Source: Eledone cirrhosa
Taxonomy: Eukaryota
Assembly (NCBI GenBank): GCA_964016885.1
Contig: OZ024746.1
Coordinates: 40,548,001 to 40,612,000, forward strand
Reading direction: 5' to 3'
Length of the DNA: 64,000 nucleotides
In this document: positions 24,701-39,700 of the stretch, piece by piece
Position numbering within the stretch: the stretch's first letter is position 1
How the letters are laid out: every line of letters starts with the position of its first letter
Position numbers and translations under genes: made by a program
The notes under the pieces: model-generated
Told to the model about the DNA's origin: nothing
The model's input: the letters and a program-made list of their open reading frames with translations, nothing else
The model's database searches: none

Positions 24701-27700
24701 CATGTGAAGGCAATCAAAACAAGAGCAAACATACCACAAAGCTTGAACAAGTCAAGGAGTGTCCGATAAAAAGATACCAGCATTGTTCCAAAAGTTTCGT
24801 TATAAGGCATCAAGAAGGCAATTCGACAAACCGAAAGCAAGATTCCAAGAGAGAAACAAACATCAGACACCAGTTCTGGATCTGGAGACCATGTGGGTGA
24901 CCAACTGACTGAAGAAGAGATTTAAAAAAAAATCAAATGAGGATAAGATAAATAACATTCACCTCTGACCTTGTATAAAGCATTTTATCTGATTTTATAC
25001 CATAGGGGTGTATATGAAAGCATATGTGATATGTTTATGTATGATAAACATACAAGAGTCTCGTTATTAATTTTTTTATAAGCTGTGATCATGTCACAGC
25101 TATCTCAGTAGCAGTAAGAATGCTAGATAGCTATTTCTGGATTTGTATCCATTATCAGCGACATTAACTCACTAAGAAGGAAGAAAGGGGAAGGAAAGAA
25201 TCACTAGATAGATTTTACAGGCAAAACCAACCAGCAGGAGAACCAAGGATCGACTCTGAGCAAGATGGTTGGATAACATCCATGAGCTCGGCTGGTTTCA
25301 CTTGGGAATCTAGTCGGATCAATTGGAGACTGCTGCATAATCGATATATATTTTATATGCATAGATTAAACTAAGAAGAAGAAGAATGGTGACAACAATA
25401 AAACTCACCAACAATGTCGTAATCACGTTTTTGGCTGCAATAATCTCCTAAGTTCATATTCCAGTCACAGGCAGGTAGAATAACCGATTTATTACCATAG
25501 GCATTCTTAAGCTTTCTTTTATTCTGAAAGACATCTTGAAGTCTAAACGATACAGCCACATCAACCAGGAAAGATGTCAATAAGAAGTTGAGCATAAATG
25601 AATCTAATATATTCCAAAGTGAAGAGAAATATTCTAGTGGTCCTGCTTCCCAGATCTGCTTACATTCCTCCCATATGAGACCTGCATTGGAAGAGAAACA
25701 TATATACAGTGTACCCCCGACATTCGCGGAATTTTCTTTAGAACCTAACTAATAATTGTTCGTGGAAACCACTGCATATTTGCGGAATCATAAATATCTA
25801 CTGTGACTTTTTATGGCTTTTTTAATGGTAATATATATTTTTTCACACTTTTTAATGCCACTTAATAATAACAATAAACCGTTTAATGCCACTTAATAAT
25901 AACAATAAACCGTATTTGCCGGCTTGTGTTTTATGTTATGTTTTGCCGTTTATAGACATTTTTATAGACCACATCCAACACTCGCGGTTTTTCACTCTTC
26001 GTGGGTTCTCAAGGAATGAAATTCCTGCAAATACTGGGGGACAACTGTATATATATATTTATATTATTTGTTTCTATATATATATATGTATAACACCTCT
26101 CCAAGACAATGTCACTGGACCGAGATCTTTGGCGCTACACAGTCATACAGAAGACCCGCCTTGCCTAAGTACAAAGCGAAACCTAGTCAGTAGGCACCTC
26201 TAACAAAATACACCCCCGTCCCACTACCCCCACCCCATCCACACCACCCCCTTAAATGTGAAGTTATGTTGGTACCACAACATCCAGTCCGAAACAAATG
26301 AGGTTGTGTAGGTGTCACAACAAAAAAACACACAGTCCACGCTGTAATGTGGCCGTGTAGGTAACACGGTAAAAACCTCCCAGTCCACACTGTAAACGTG
26401 GTTGGTGTTGGGAAGGGCACCCAGCCGTAGAAAACCCGCCAGACAGTCCTATATGAGCAGGACAACAAATCTTGCCTCAAGTCGGAAAACTCCCGTCCAA
26501 ACCCATGCAAGCGTGGAAGATGGACGTTAAACGATGATGATGAATACTAGTAGTTTCTCAACTTGATATATGACAAACATTTTTTTATATATCGTTTAAA
26601 TTTGTATAATTGATACTCAGAGCTTAATATCCATTGACCTTCTTTTGTTGAGAAACATAATCGATAGCTCTGGATCCTCAACCACCCGGCTTCTCAACAC
26701 CAACAGCTGATCGACCTATTTGCAGAGTCCTTCCCTTCCATCGCGACCCCTCCCCCATCAGCTTGGTGCTCCTTAGGAGCCCCAATCACAGACCTGGCCT
26801 TCGAGTCAACCTTCCAATCAAAGATGGTTAGCCTTGAGCAGCTGCTGAGGAATATCGAAGTTATCGAACCCCATCAAGGCTTCTTCTTACTCGGGAACTA
26901 CCTGTCTATTCCTAAGCTTCTGTATCTGCTCAGGGTCAGCCCCTCTCACAGATTTCCGTCCTGCCTCCAACGCTTCGACGACCTAATCTTCGAGAGACTC
27001 GAGTGTCTGGTCAATGTTACACTCTCTCCGGAGTCCCGCGATCAGGCTGCATTGCCCAAGTGATTTGGGAGTCTTGGTCTCTGTAAGTGTTTGTCCCTCT
27101 CTCTCCCCTGCTTCCTTTCCTCCACCCACGCTTGCTCCACCCTGGTGAGCAACATCCTCTCCTCTCCTCTCCAACATGGACTAGTTCCAACAGGGAGTTG
27201 GGTTAAGCTCTCCAGCAATGGAGTGAGCTAGGCTTGTCTCTTCCTGAGAAGGTGGAGGACAGTCGAAGTCAGAGAGCTTGGGACAGCATAAGTTCGAAGG
27301 CCACCTTCGACTCCCTCTTCGTCCAGTCAGATCAGTTTTCAAGGTGCCGCTTACTATCTGCCAGTGCCAAATACTCAGGTGACTAGGTTGATGCCCTACC
27401 CGTGGCCAACGTTGGTGGCCTACTCAGCCTGGACGAACTTCGTGACTCTATCGCCCTCAGAGTGGGAGCCGACGTCTGCATGGGTTTGAGGTGCCGATGC
27501 GGCAAACTCCTCGACTCTACAGGCCTCCACAGTCTTTCTTACCTGAATGCCGGCCGCTTCGCGCGTCACACGGAGCTAAACCTCATTCTGAAGAGAGCTT
27601 TGGCCTGGGCGAATATCCCCCTCAGTCTTGGAACCATCTGGGTTGTCCAGAAGTGACGGCAAAAGACCTGACGGTCTTACCTTGTGCCCCTGGTTGAGAG

Positions 27701-30700
27701 GCAGGTGACTTGTCTGGGATGTCACTGTTAGTGACTCCTTTGCTCTTTCCCACATCCTGGATGCTGAGGTTAGGACGAGAGCCACAGCTTCTGCAGCTGA
27801 ACGGAGTAAGACCCTCAAATACTCTGCTCTGTCGGCCAGCTATATTTTTCAACCTGTGGCTTTCAAGACGTTTGGGGGAGTTGGGCCACTGACTGTGAGG
27901 TTCCTTTCCTCACTGGCGGCTCGCCTAATAGAGGTGATTGGCGAATCTCGCGAGGGTGCTTGGCTGTTTCAGCGCATCAGCCTCGCCATCACCCGAGGCA
28001 ACGCAGCGAGTGTGCTGGCTTGCTTCAAAAATCATTAGAGAGTTTGCGCAGTACTCGCGGCGTTGCTGTCTTTTACTCTGGTGTTGGCTCCGTTGTTCAC
28101 CCCTTCTTTTACATTTTCTTTAATATTGTAGCATTGAAGGAATATATCTTTCATTATATCATCCTTTGTAGTGTTACCGAGGCATTTGTAATGTTATTTA
28201 TGTATATATTTAAAACATATTTGTTATGTTATTCTACTGTAAATTTATTTATATACTCTGTTTATATTTTCATTTTGAAGGAACTTATCCACTTGTGTTG
28301 ATATAAGTGATTTTATGACTTTCCTGTAAGCATTGTGTCATTATATATGTTATAAACGTGAATAAATTAATTAAGAAAGATTTTATATGCATAGATTAAA
28401 CCTAATTATAGTATCATCATCATCATTTTACGTCCGCTCTTCCCTGCTTGCAAGTATATATATATATATATATAGCGTGGAAAATGGATGTTAAACGCTG
28501 ATGATGAGATATATCATCATCATCATCATCACTGTTTTACATCCATTTTTCCCCCACTAGCATGGGTTGTGTGTGTGTGTTCTTGTCTGATGACCAAGTG
28601 ATAAACAGGCAAAACTCCAAAGTAACAAAGCTCACTTATTCTCTTTAATATAAATGAATATATATATACACACACACACACACACACGGACATATATATA
28701 TGTGTGTGGGTGTAGATAGATTGCTACACACATGTAAACAGATACAAACATACAAACATACATTATGACCCCATACATACACACATAGATAGATAGATAC
28801 ACACATGTAATTAGATATACGCATTCAGACATACATACCACACACACACACGCGCCCAGACCACTTACACACATACTGACACTTGAAGTGCTACATCTAA
28901 CAAATACTTTGACCTCTAGACCTCTGAGAATGTGTAGGTAGTGGTGATGGAAAGTCTATTTTGAAAAGTCAGTAGCTTCACTGAAACTTCAAAAGTTAAT
29001 TGTCACTATTAATAAATATCATATATGTGTTTGTTTGTGTGTGTGTGCGTGCATGGGTGTGAAAAGTAAATAGAAAACAACACAGAAAATGATACAGTAC
29101 AATGAAGATATATATTAGTTTAACACTTGATATAGAGTTTTAGCATTAAAATAGAATGATAAATAAAATGATAAATAAAATGATAAATAGAATGACAAAT
29201 AAAAGAAGAAATTGAATACATACATCTAGACAGACAGGTAGATACACACATGCCATCTTCAATCTGCTTGCTTTGATTGGAAGAGGGCGGATTGGAACTT
29301 GTACTGCACTGAGCTGCAGCGCCCAAACTGGCATGAGATGTATAACTCTGGAGATGTGAACTCTATACTCCAGAGCATCCTGGACTCAATATGGATAGCG
29401 TGTGCAGCATCAGTGCCACGGAAGCAGAAAAATAAATACCCCAAAAGTGCAATCTGGGAAACTTCAGCGGTCCGACATGCCAGGAAAGAACGTCGGAACG
29501 CTGAACGGGAATATAAACTGCATAGATCAGATGCCAACAGAAAAAAGCGGAATAAATCTTCTAACCATCTCAAGCAAGTGACAAAGAAGACAGTGCTTGA
29601 ATTTGAACAGTGCATCGCAACCAATCCTGACAGTAAGGTGTTCTGGAAATATGTTCATTCAAAGCAGAGACCTCACTCTCCAGTTGGTCCTCTTCGCAAT
29701 CCCCACACAAGCCAGATCACTGACGATCCCAAGAAATGCGCAGAACTCATTGCTGAGTGCTATGCAAGTATTTTTACTGTTGAAAACCAGAATGTACCAT
29801 CTCCACCATCTCTAACATCAAATTCCATAACAACTATGGAATTTACACCTGCAATGTTGCGACGTCACCTTAAGAATAAGCGCAACTATGCCTCCCCTGG
29901 TCTTGATGGTGTGACATACCTGCTTCTCAAACGTGGCGGGTATTTCCTTTTGCGCCAGCTTTCTTTCTTCTTTCAATACTGTCTCAACAATGGTGCTACT
30001 CCGGAGCAGTGGAAAACCGCCAGTGTCATTCCCCTGTTCAAAAAGGGCAACCGCATGTCACCTGTCAACTATCGTCCAGTCAGTCTTACTAGCTGTATGG
30101 CCAAACTGATGGAATCCTGTGTCAGAGAAACACTTTGGAACTTCTGGAGTTCTCACAGCCTCATCCGGCCCTCACAGTTTGGATTTATCCCTAACTCCAG
30201 TTGCTGTGATCAGCTTATCGAGTTCCTTGAGGACATCACCCGGATCACTGACAGCGGCTCATGGGTGGATGTTGTTTACCTTGACTTTGCTAAGGCTTTT
30301 AATTCTGTGCCACACAAAAGACTTATGGCAAAACTCTCTGCAATGGGTGTGAGGGATGACCTTTTCGACTGGCTGAAATCCTTCATTCTCAGCCGAAAAG
30401 AAGTAGTCACGGTTCTAGGACAGCATTCTTCACCATATGAGATGTCATCTGGTGTACCACAGGGATCTGTTCTTGGTCCTCTTTTGTTTGTGGCATATAT
30501 TAATGACATAGATGCCAACTTACAGAATGCCACGGTACTAAAATATGCAGATGACATCAAGCTGTACCTTGAAATCAAAAGGACTGATCCTGAAATTTAC
30601 AACTCTTTCCTACAATCAGACCTGGACACAATGCAGCAATGGATCACAGACTGGCAACTGAAGCTGGCTGTGGACAAGTGTACCACCATGCATTTTGGAA

Positions 30701-33700
30701 GGAAAAATCCAGCGTCCACATACTCCCTCCATAACACTGATATCAAAAAGTCCTCTTGTGAACGTGACCTGGGCATTACTGTCAGCAACGATTTGCGTTG
30801 GACAAAGCATGTCTCTAAGATTGTCAAGAAGGCCGAGGGTGTCTTGGCGTCACTCAGCAAGACCTTTGTTAGCCGCTCTCCAGCCATCTATTTAAAACTG
30901 TATACAGCTATGGTACGACCACACTTGGAATTCGCATCATCAGTCTGGAAACCCTATCTTGCTCAGAACATTGACCTCCTGGAAACTGTTCAGAGACGTG
31001 CAACCAAGCGCATACCCTCCATCAGACACCTACCATACTCTGAACGGCTTGCTTCCCTGGGCATGGATTCATTGAAGCTCTGACGTCTGGCAATGGACTT
31101 GGTGAATACCCACAAAGTTTTTAACCATCTCGCCAATTGCAACCCTGAGCGCCTCTTTGATCTCCATGTGTCTAACACACGTGGACATGCCAACAAGATC
31201 AGAAAACAGCACAGCTCCCATGACTTTCGTAGACATTTTTTCACGCTCAGAGTTGCTGAAGCATGGAACAAACTGCCTGCGTCAATTGTTAGCTGCCGAG
31301 ACACTGCATCCTTTAAGACACTCATGCTTCCCGAAATACGCCAAAACTATACTGACATTTGTACATTATTCTATGTACTATACATGCACCTTTGATGAGT
31401 TGTAGTGCACCTGAGCACTGTACACAATAATTTCATTATTATTATTATTATTTATGCACACACGCACACATACATACACACACACACACACAAACACATA
31501 TTCAAGTGGAAGATAAACATTTTCATGAGTGAACTTTCTTCTATCATTTAATTAAAATAAATTACCTACGAGCCACATTGAAAGTATTATAATAAATACC
31601 ATCATAGTGACATCGATACCACTCTCACGACAGGAAATACTGGCCCAGTTTTCACTCAGTGACAACTTTGACATAACCATCAACATAAGAAATGATATAT
31701 AGGACGTGGTGTAGCTTAGAAACCGCATTATTGGTGTGTTGAGAAAACTGAATATCTGCAATGCAAGAAATAGTCTTTAATAGCAACTAATTCAGAATTT
31801 AAAGAACAAAAATAAACTTATCGATGGACAACACAGTAATATATAGGCAGAGCTGGTGCTACTATTAAGACCAACTAGGCAGCCACATAGGGTATAGATC
31901 ACAGAGAGTGACATTACTGAACCTTAAAGGACCACAGTGTTATACAGGGCTGGTGCAACCATTAATATTAACTAGGTAGCCACTTAGGGTGTGGACCACA
32001 ATGTTATACAAGGCTGGTGTTCCCATTAAGGCTAACTAAGAGCACATTAAAGGATCACAGTTTTATACAAAATTGTATAATTAAATCTTTATATATATAA
32101 AAGCGAGGATGTGTGTGTGTCTGTGTACAACTTTGACCAAATTTTCTGTACACGTTGCACAGGTCGCTAAGATGGTCACATCACAAAAATTTTCTAATCG
32201 ACCCACATTGAGCAATAAAAAATCGATATCAAAATTATCGGTAGCAAAATTGATGTAAGGGAGATAACCAACTTTATTGACAATCCTTATAAAAAAAGGG
32301 AGATAACCAACTTTATTGACAATTCTTATAAAGAGAGTGTGATATGGAGACCTTCGTTTTCAATTTTAAAACAACAATCATCGTCGGACGAAATTTCAGA
32401 AATATAAACATCAGATTCATTTGAAGATAAATCACTAATATTATCGTTTGTTTCTTGTTTATTCTTTGTTGCACTTTCAAAGTTAAAAACACACTTGTTG
32501 TTTTAACTTGTTTCACTATATTAAGTGTTAATTTTCGCGTTAAGGGCCTAATCTCGCAGCAGTCTCGAATTGACGAGATTTTGATAATGGTTTGTTTATT
32601 TTTAGAACAATCGTTATGGGACTTTCCATTCAAACCATTGGGACCTACAGCTTTTACATTTTTAAAGTAATTTCGTCCACATTTGAGGCAGGCATTATCT
32701 ATGCTTCCAGCTGTATTCGTACACATCAAACTTTTTTGACAATGAAGGAACATACTGAACAGGATTCTTCCTGGATGTCCACGGATATATAAATCTATTG
32801 ATACTGTATGTGATCCACAGGATGCAGTCAACTATCCGGTTGAATTTCTAAATTCTTTAAATCCTCATGGTTTACCTCCTAATACATTGGTTCTGAAAGA
32901 GGGAACGCCAGTTATTTTGCTGAGAAATATCACTCCTCCAAAACTATGCAATGGTACACACCTTGTGGTTAAAAAAACTATCTCCACTTAGTATTGACGG
33001 TACCATTCTATCCGGATGTGGAAAAGGCGAGGATGTGATAATAACAAAAATTAGCCTGACTACATCAGGCGTGGATACTCCCTTCTCCTTTCGCCGAACC
33101 CAATTTCCCCTTCGTGTTGCCTTTGCGATGTCCATAAACAAGTCGCAAGGTCAAACTGTCCGTCACTGGAATTCACTTGGATGAACCTTGCTTTTTGCAC
33201 GGACAATTCTACGTTGCCTGCTCACGAGTTGGCAGTCGAGATAATTTCTTTGCGTTTATTCCGAAAAGAAAAACAAAGAATATCGACTATCCTGAAGTGC
33301 TTTAGTGTTAACAAAAAAACTTATTACAGTTCTGCCTTGACTTCACCTTACTCATTACAAAACATACCAATGAATATATCATGCAGGATATTTGGGATTA
33401 TAAGTTCAAAATCTAACCATACACAGCAAAGGATGCTCTCAAAGAATAGATTTTCTCTTATTCTACTCTCATTGTTTTTTTTTTGTTTGTATACAACTCT
33501 GCTTTCATTACAACTTTTTGTACTTTAGCAAAACTGCCTGTTTTTTTACAGATTTGCAACGTGTATTGTCTTTAATCATTTGTATAACTACATCCTGTTC
33601 AGTGTTTTCCTTCATTATCAACATAGTTTTATGTGTACAAAGATTGCACTAAATATTCGTTTGCATTAATTATTGAAGACTTCTGCTTATTTTGACAGGT

Positions 33701-36700
33701 TGGGGACAAATAATGTTCTTTTACTTCCTAGCTGTATATTCTTAGCATAATTTCAAACCCCGAGCAACGCCGGGTAAATTTGCTAGTTAAATATATAGTA
33801 ATTTTCTGTGGTCAGTAAATAAATCACTGAACATCTTAGCCACATAGCAGTGTTGTTAAAATATCTAAAGCAGTAGGGAGCACCAAATGTTGTTATGATC
33901 TGCCACATGATTTGACATAGATGGGTGTGGGTTGTGCAAGAAGACTCAAAAACTAGGTTTGTCAGCTTACCAAACTGAAAATTGACATTATTTTATTTTG
34001 GAGAATAGAGGACATAACTGGGAGAAGGGGTGAACACTGTAGGACTAGTACACAAGCATTTGTAATGCATACTTATAAAGAATGGTTGGTTTTAATCATT
34101 AGAATGTTGTTAATGATTAAAGTAAAATGGAAGTGTGTGTGTCCCAATGCAAATAACCATAATAATAATCAATCCCCTCCCCTAACGAGACAGAAAAAAG
34201 GAGACAGAGGTACCTTAGAGGAAAAAAATCCTACCTCTCTCTACCTTCTTCCATCTCCTGAGGTACTTTACTCAAACTTCTTAACTATCATTTATAATTA
34301 TCAACTATTATTAAGGTAATTTGGCAGTATCGGTGGAGGGTCGGACGCCATGCTTTCGTCCCTTTACGATCTTAGTTCAAATCCCGCCGAGGTTGACTTT
34401 GCCTTTCATCCTTACGGGGTCGATAAAATAAAGTACCAGTAATGAACTGGGTAATTGCTGGCCTTGTGCCTAAAGTAGAAACAATTATTAAGGTAATTTG
34501 TGATGGGATGCACATATCTAAAATTCTAAATTTTCCCAATACTTCTTAACCCTTTAGCATTTACATTACTCTATATTTACTGTTATATTTTCACAGTAAA
34601 GGCTTTACCTCACATAATTATCTCACATAGTATTGAATCAATGAGCTTTTGATATTATTCATTTGGAGAACAATACCTTAACATTAGTATGAGTGGTCAA
34701 TTACAGCCAGTTTGAACAGAAAGAGTTGAGAGAATTCTAGCCAGATACAGCTGGGTTAAGTCAATTAAAGAAAAATCTTTGTTTTATCCTCATATAAAAA
34801 CATACTCACCTTTTTATATCCAGTAAGTATGTAGAACATTGACAAGAAAGGTATTAGAAACATACCAACTGGAATACTCATTATTAAATACTTGAAGTTA
34901 TTAAGATATCTCAAAATTGGAACTCCAGAATACCATAACTGAGCGACTTGACTCTGGCACTTGTGATGAGCAAGAAACTGGTGAAAGAATTTACACAGTA
35001 ATGAAATATGTGGAAATGTTAACCTGTCATGAAATATAATCATTATGATATTAGGTTATGCTGAATAAAATCTAAAATAAAGAAACAACATGCCTGACAT
35101 TGTTCTCAAAGATATTAATTAAAACAAAGAGAAAATGCTGTGATAATAAGTTAACCCTTTAGCATTTACATTACTCTATATTTACTATTGTTTTTTCATG
35201 GTAAAGGCTTTATCTCACATAATATCAAATCTATGAGATTTTTATAGTATTTATTTTGAGAACAATACCTTAACATCAGTATGAGTAGCAAGTTACGGCT
35301 AGTTTGAACAGAAAGAGGTGAGAGAATTCTGACCCAATACAGCTGGTTTAAATGCTAAAGGGTTAATCAATAAACTGAAAAGTAACCCATGCTAGCGTGG
35401 AAAATGGACGTTAAACGAAGATGATGATGATGATGATGATCCTCTGATGGTTTCAAAAAAGATCGTTCCATTACACCAAAGAATATTTATATATTTGAAT
35501 ACATATTTAGTGTTGCTGTGGAATGACAGAATCTTAGGAGTAATCAGCTGGTAAGTACTCAGTAAAATTGCTGTAGTAATGGAAAAAACCGACAGCAAAA
35601 ACAACAGTAACAGCAATAAAAACATGAAATCCTGTTATTATGTTCCTGTTTAATGGTTAGTCTGCCTTGTGGTCTCAGCAGATAGAATGGAGAAGACACT
35701 GCCCTGGAGGATGGTGAGGAAGATGCACTGGAACAGCTACTTCAATTTATGGGGCTCGCTCTTGCGGATAACCACCTCTGCCCTGAGAGCAGAGAGTAGG
35801 GATATGGTCTGGGGGCCAAGAATGCCTGAAGTCTCCACTGCCACAGGCTCATCCACAAACCCATCAGAGGGCAAAATTCCAGTTATTCAATCACCTGAAC
35901 TACATTTTCTCATTGAATTATTCTACAAATACATGTAACCTTCAAAGCAATCCTCAGGTAACATTAATGTGACATCATGCAAGAAAATTTGGTCTTTCAA
36001 TTGCAGTTACGGCTCTACCCAAACCACTTCCAATAGTTAAATCATCCTACTTTTATGGTAAAAGACATTTGCCCAAGATGTGATGCATTGCGATCAAACT
36101 CATGACCTAATGATTGCAAAGCGAACTTCTTGGTCATTATAGCTGAGAGAAACACTAAGCACTTACTTTCTTTTGTTTGTAGACGAGACCCATGCTTACC
36201 AAAGGCAGCGTATTGGGTTTCTCCTCACCAGGATCAACTCCAAGAAGTATGCGTACCTCTTCTGAACTTTGACACTCGGCTAATAAATCCAAAGTAAATG
36301 CTTGTAGCTGGGAGTCCAGTTCATAGTAGAATTGCTGGAAGAAAAATATGTGTATATAAATACAAATTATATATATATACCTTAAAAAATCACATGTTTA
36401 ATCATACACTTACACTCACACAATATCGACAATAATACACACACACTCCACTTTGCGTTCCATCTCATTACTAAGACTACCTAATAGTTTTTCTTGTTTA
36501 CACTCTTCATTTTCGATTTTATTCTTTACATTCTTTTCTCTTTTGTGCCTCCTCTTCTTTCTGGTCTTAATCTGTTACTCCCTCTTGTGGAAGGGGTTGG
36601 CATTAGGAAGGGCATCCAGTTGCAAAAACCATGTTAAAGGGTTGAGAAGACTCTTCAGTTGTGTCAAGGACATGGCAACCTCTATAGTGCCGGGGCCACA

Positions 36701-39700
36701 TTAAAATGCACCCAATACTATCTGTAAAATGTTGGAATGTATATAAGTAAGACACAGGCTCCTAGCCCCTCTGAGAGGTCAGCAGCTCTGATCAATACTG
36801 ACTTGGTCTGTAATAACCTATCCAAGTCATACTAGTATGGAAAAGTGGACGTTAAATCGTGATGATGATGATTATGATATATGCATATGTGTGTGAAAGA
36901 AATGAAATTTCACTCCCACCTTGTATTCTGTTTCAATTTCTGCCATCTTCCGAAACCTGTCACTCAGATGAAATGAAGCCACAATGGGATCTTGCTCTGT
37001 TAAAACAATGTAAGCTGGGCTGGCTATGGCACGGAAAGCATCAAGTCGACCAAACGTAAATCTCATGAAATCTTCAGATCTGGCCACACTACATGTTTTA
37101 CACATGCAAAAGTATTCATGTGGGATGTCCAGCACTATGCCACGCATCATCAACTTCTTGACGATCAAGAAATTGTTTTGTGTGGCTGCTTTTATCAAGG
37201 CTTCACGAAGCAACTTTCTTACCGCTTCTGATGAATCAGTTTCTGAATCTGTTGTATCATCCTGTTGAAGAGAAATGAATATAACAATGTCATAGATGAG
37301 TTAGGTAAACATCCTGCTAATCTATAATGGTAGGCTGACTTTTCAGGAGAATTTGGCTGCTGCCTCAAGCATATCTAGCATATTTTGCAGAAAGCCAAAT
37401 CGATAAAGCCTCTTGAAAAACCATCCAAGAACTCAACATTCCATATGTCTGTCACTGGTACTGCAATGTGTTGGTGACAAAGAGAGTTAACTAAAGAGAT
37501 CAATCTAAGGGGATGTGTAAGTACTACAGAGTAGGTGGTATAACATACCACTGTATTGTAAGCAGCAGTTTCACTTGATTCTTTGGATTTCAGTGTTGAC
37601 TCTGCTTCCTCCAGTGGATAAAGCTAGTTACAATAGAAACGACTTCTGTCCCAGATAGCAAGGATGAGTTAAGTTTTCATAGGGTTCCTGGCTGAAAATT
37701 ATTATTTATGGTGGGTGAAAAATAATTTTGGGCCCATTGGATACTGTGGTGCCCCTGGATACAGTTCATTCATGACCCTAGCCTTAATTCACTCCTATCA
37801 TAGGGTAGAATTGTCTCTTAATGCAGAAAAAAGAACGGCATAAGCACAATTCTAGGGGATTCTAGCCATTCTAACTTGAATTTTAATAGTGTTGCATCAT
37901 ATAACTCTTTGCACATGATAGAACATGTCAACAAAGAAAACATCTATGTGGTCACTGGGCAAAACCTTGTACAAATTACTCTGTACAAGCTTAAAAGGGA
38001 AGGGCACATTGATTAGATAAACTGAAAAAGGAAAAAAGACATTGAATACAGCTGCAAAATCTTTGAATATAGATCTTCCCTTCCTCCTATGTCCTAACAC
38101 TCCACCCTACAGCCATGTCCGGCCACTCCACCTTTCACCAGCAAAGTACTCTACTACACACCACCCTTCACCAGCTAAGTGTCCCACCCTAGACCTACCT
38201 CTCCAATCCTCACCCTACATACATGCATCTCCCTTACCCAAGCCCCCAGTCAACACTGTAAAGTGCTTGTGACAGTGACATGACAAAAAGTGCCCTGTCG
38301 ACACTGTAAATGAGGGACAACTCATCTAACCCATGCTAGTGTGGAAAAATGGATGTTAAACAGTGATGATGATATATATATGTGTGTGTGTGTGAGTCCT
38401 GGGTTCAATCTGGAGTAACCACAGTAAATAAGGTACTCAATACATTAGTAAAGTACATACAAAATTTAATATAGAAATGGCTTCTACAGGACTAGAACTG
38501 TTTCAATTGAATGAACAACTAAGAACAACCTCATAACATCAACCCTATAAATTTCAGAAGAAATCTATCCAGGCCACATGAAATCCAATAGAACACCTAC
38601 ACAAGAACCACTTTAAAAGATACCACTCCCAACACTACAATAATATCCATTAAAAAAATCAACCTACAGATTCACACAAAACAGACAACAGCTGCCCTCA
38701 AAATAACAATCTTTTTTTTCACACAAAACCCAGGACATATGATGGCTTCTTCACATGAGAAACAGAAGGTAATCAATCAACCTTTCCCAGAAGTCTTTAA
38801 CAAACACCCAAATAGTTACATTAAGTAAGTGACTGAAATTTACACCACCCACAAAATGATATAGAATTTTACCAAAATCTCAGACTAGCCGAATTCTTCT
38901 CTGAAAACAGTGACAATCACTAGTTAGATGTAAAAGTGATTTCTGCCCAAAGGAATGAAGGAACAAAGTACTACACTCCTACTGTGAATATATGAATTTT
39001 ACCTTTGAAAAAATTGGAAATAGCAACATTAAATCAAATTTCTCAAAACATGAATAGAAGAACCTAATTAATTTACAAGAAAACACTGAAATCACTACTA
39101 AAGAAGCTGATAATGGTAGCACTGTAGTCACCGAGAATACAGACTATTATAAAGATATGTTACTATAAAAAAAAAACTCACTACAAGCAATAAAAAATAA
39201 TGGAAATCTATTAACTTTACTAAATAAATACTACAAAACAAACCACATAAGCAACTTCAAATACAAAACAAGCATCTTTTATAACCTACCGAAAATACAC
39301 AAATACAAACTGATAAATGATGTTTGTGAAATCTCGACAACCAAATACATCCACTTAACACCTCCAGAAGATTTAAACCTTAGGCCAATTATAGCAAGCC
39401 CTGCAAATGAAACACACAGACAGAGTAACTTCCTGGATATCCTTCTAAAGCCCTTCTTAAAACATGTACAGTGCTACAAATGAGATGACCTAGACATGCT
39501 GAATCATCTTCCAAAAACAGTAAATGAACACAATCTTTGTTTCCTTCAATGTTGTCAACTTATACACAAACATACCCCATGACTATGGAATAATTTCAAT
39601 TGAATATTGGCTAGACACACAATCACACACAACATAATGCCATCTGGGCCATTATTCTGAATAGAAAAGGAACTTTCTATTTAAATCAATAGAATTTCTA

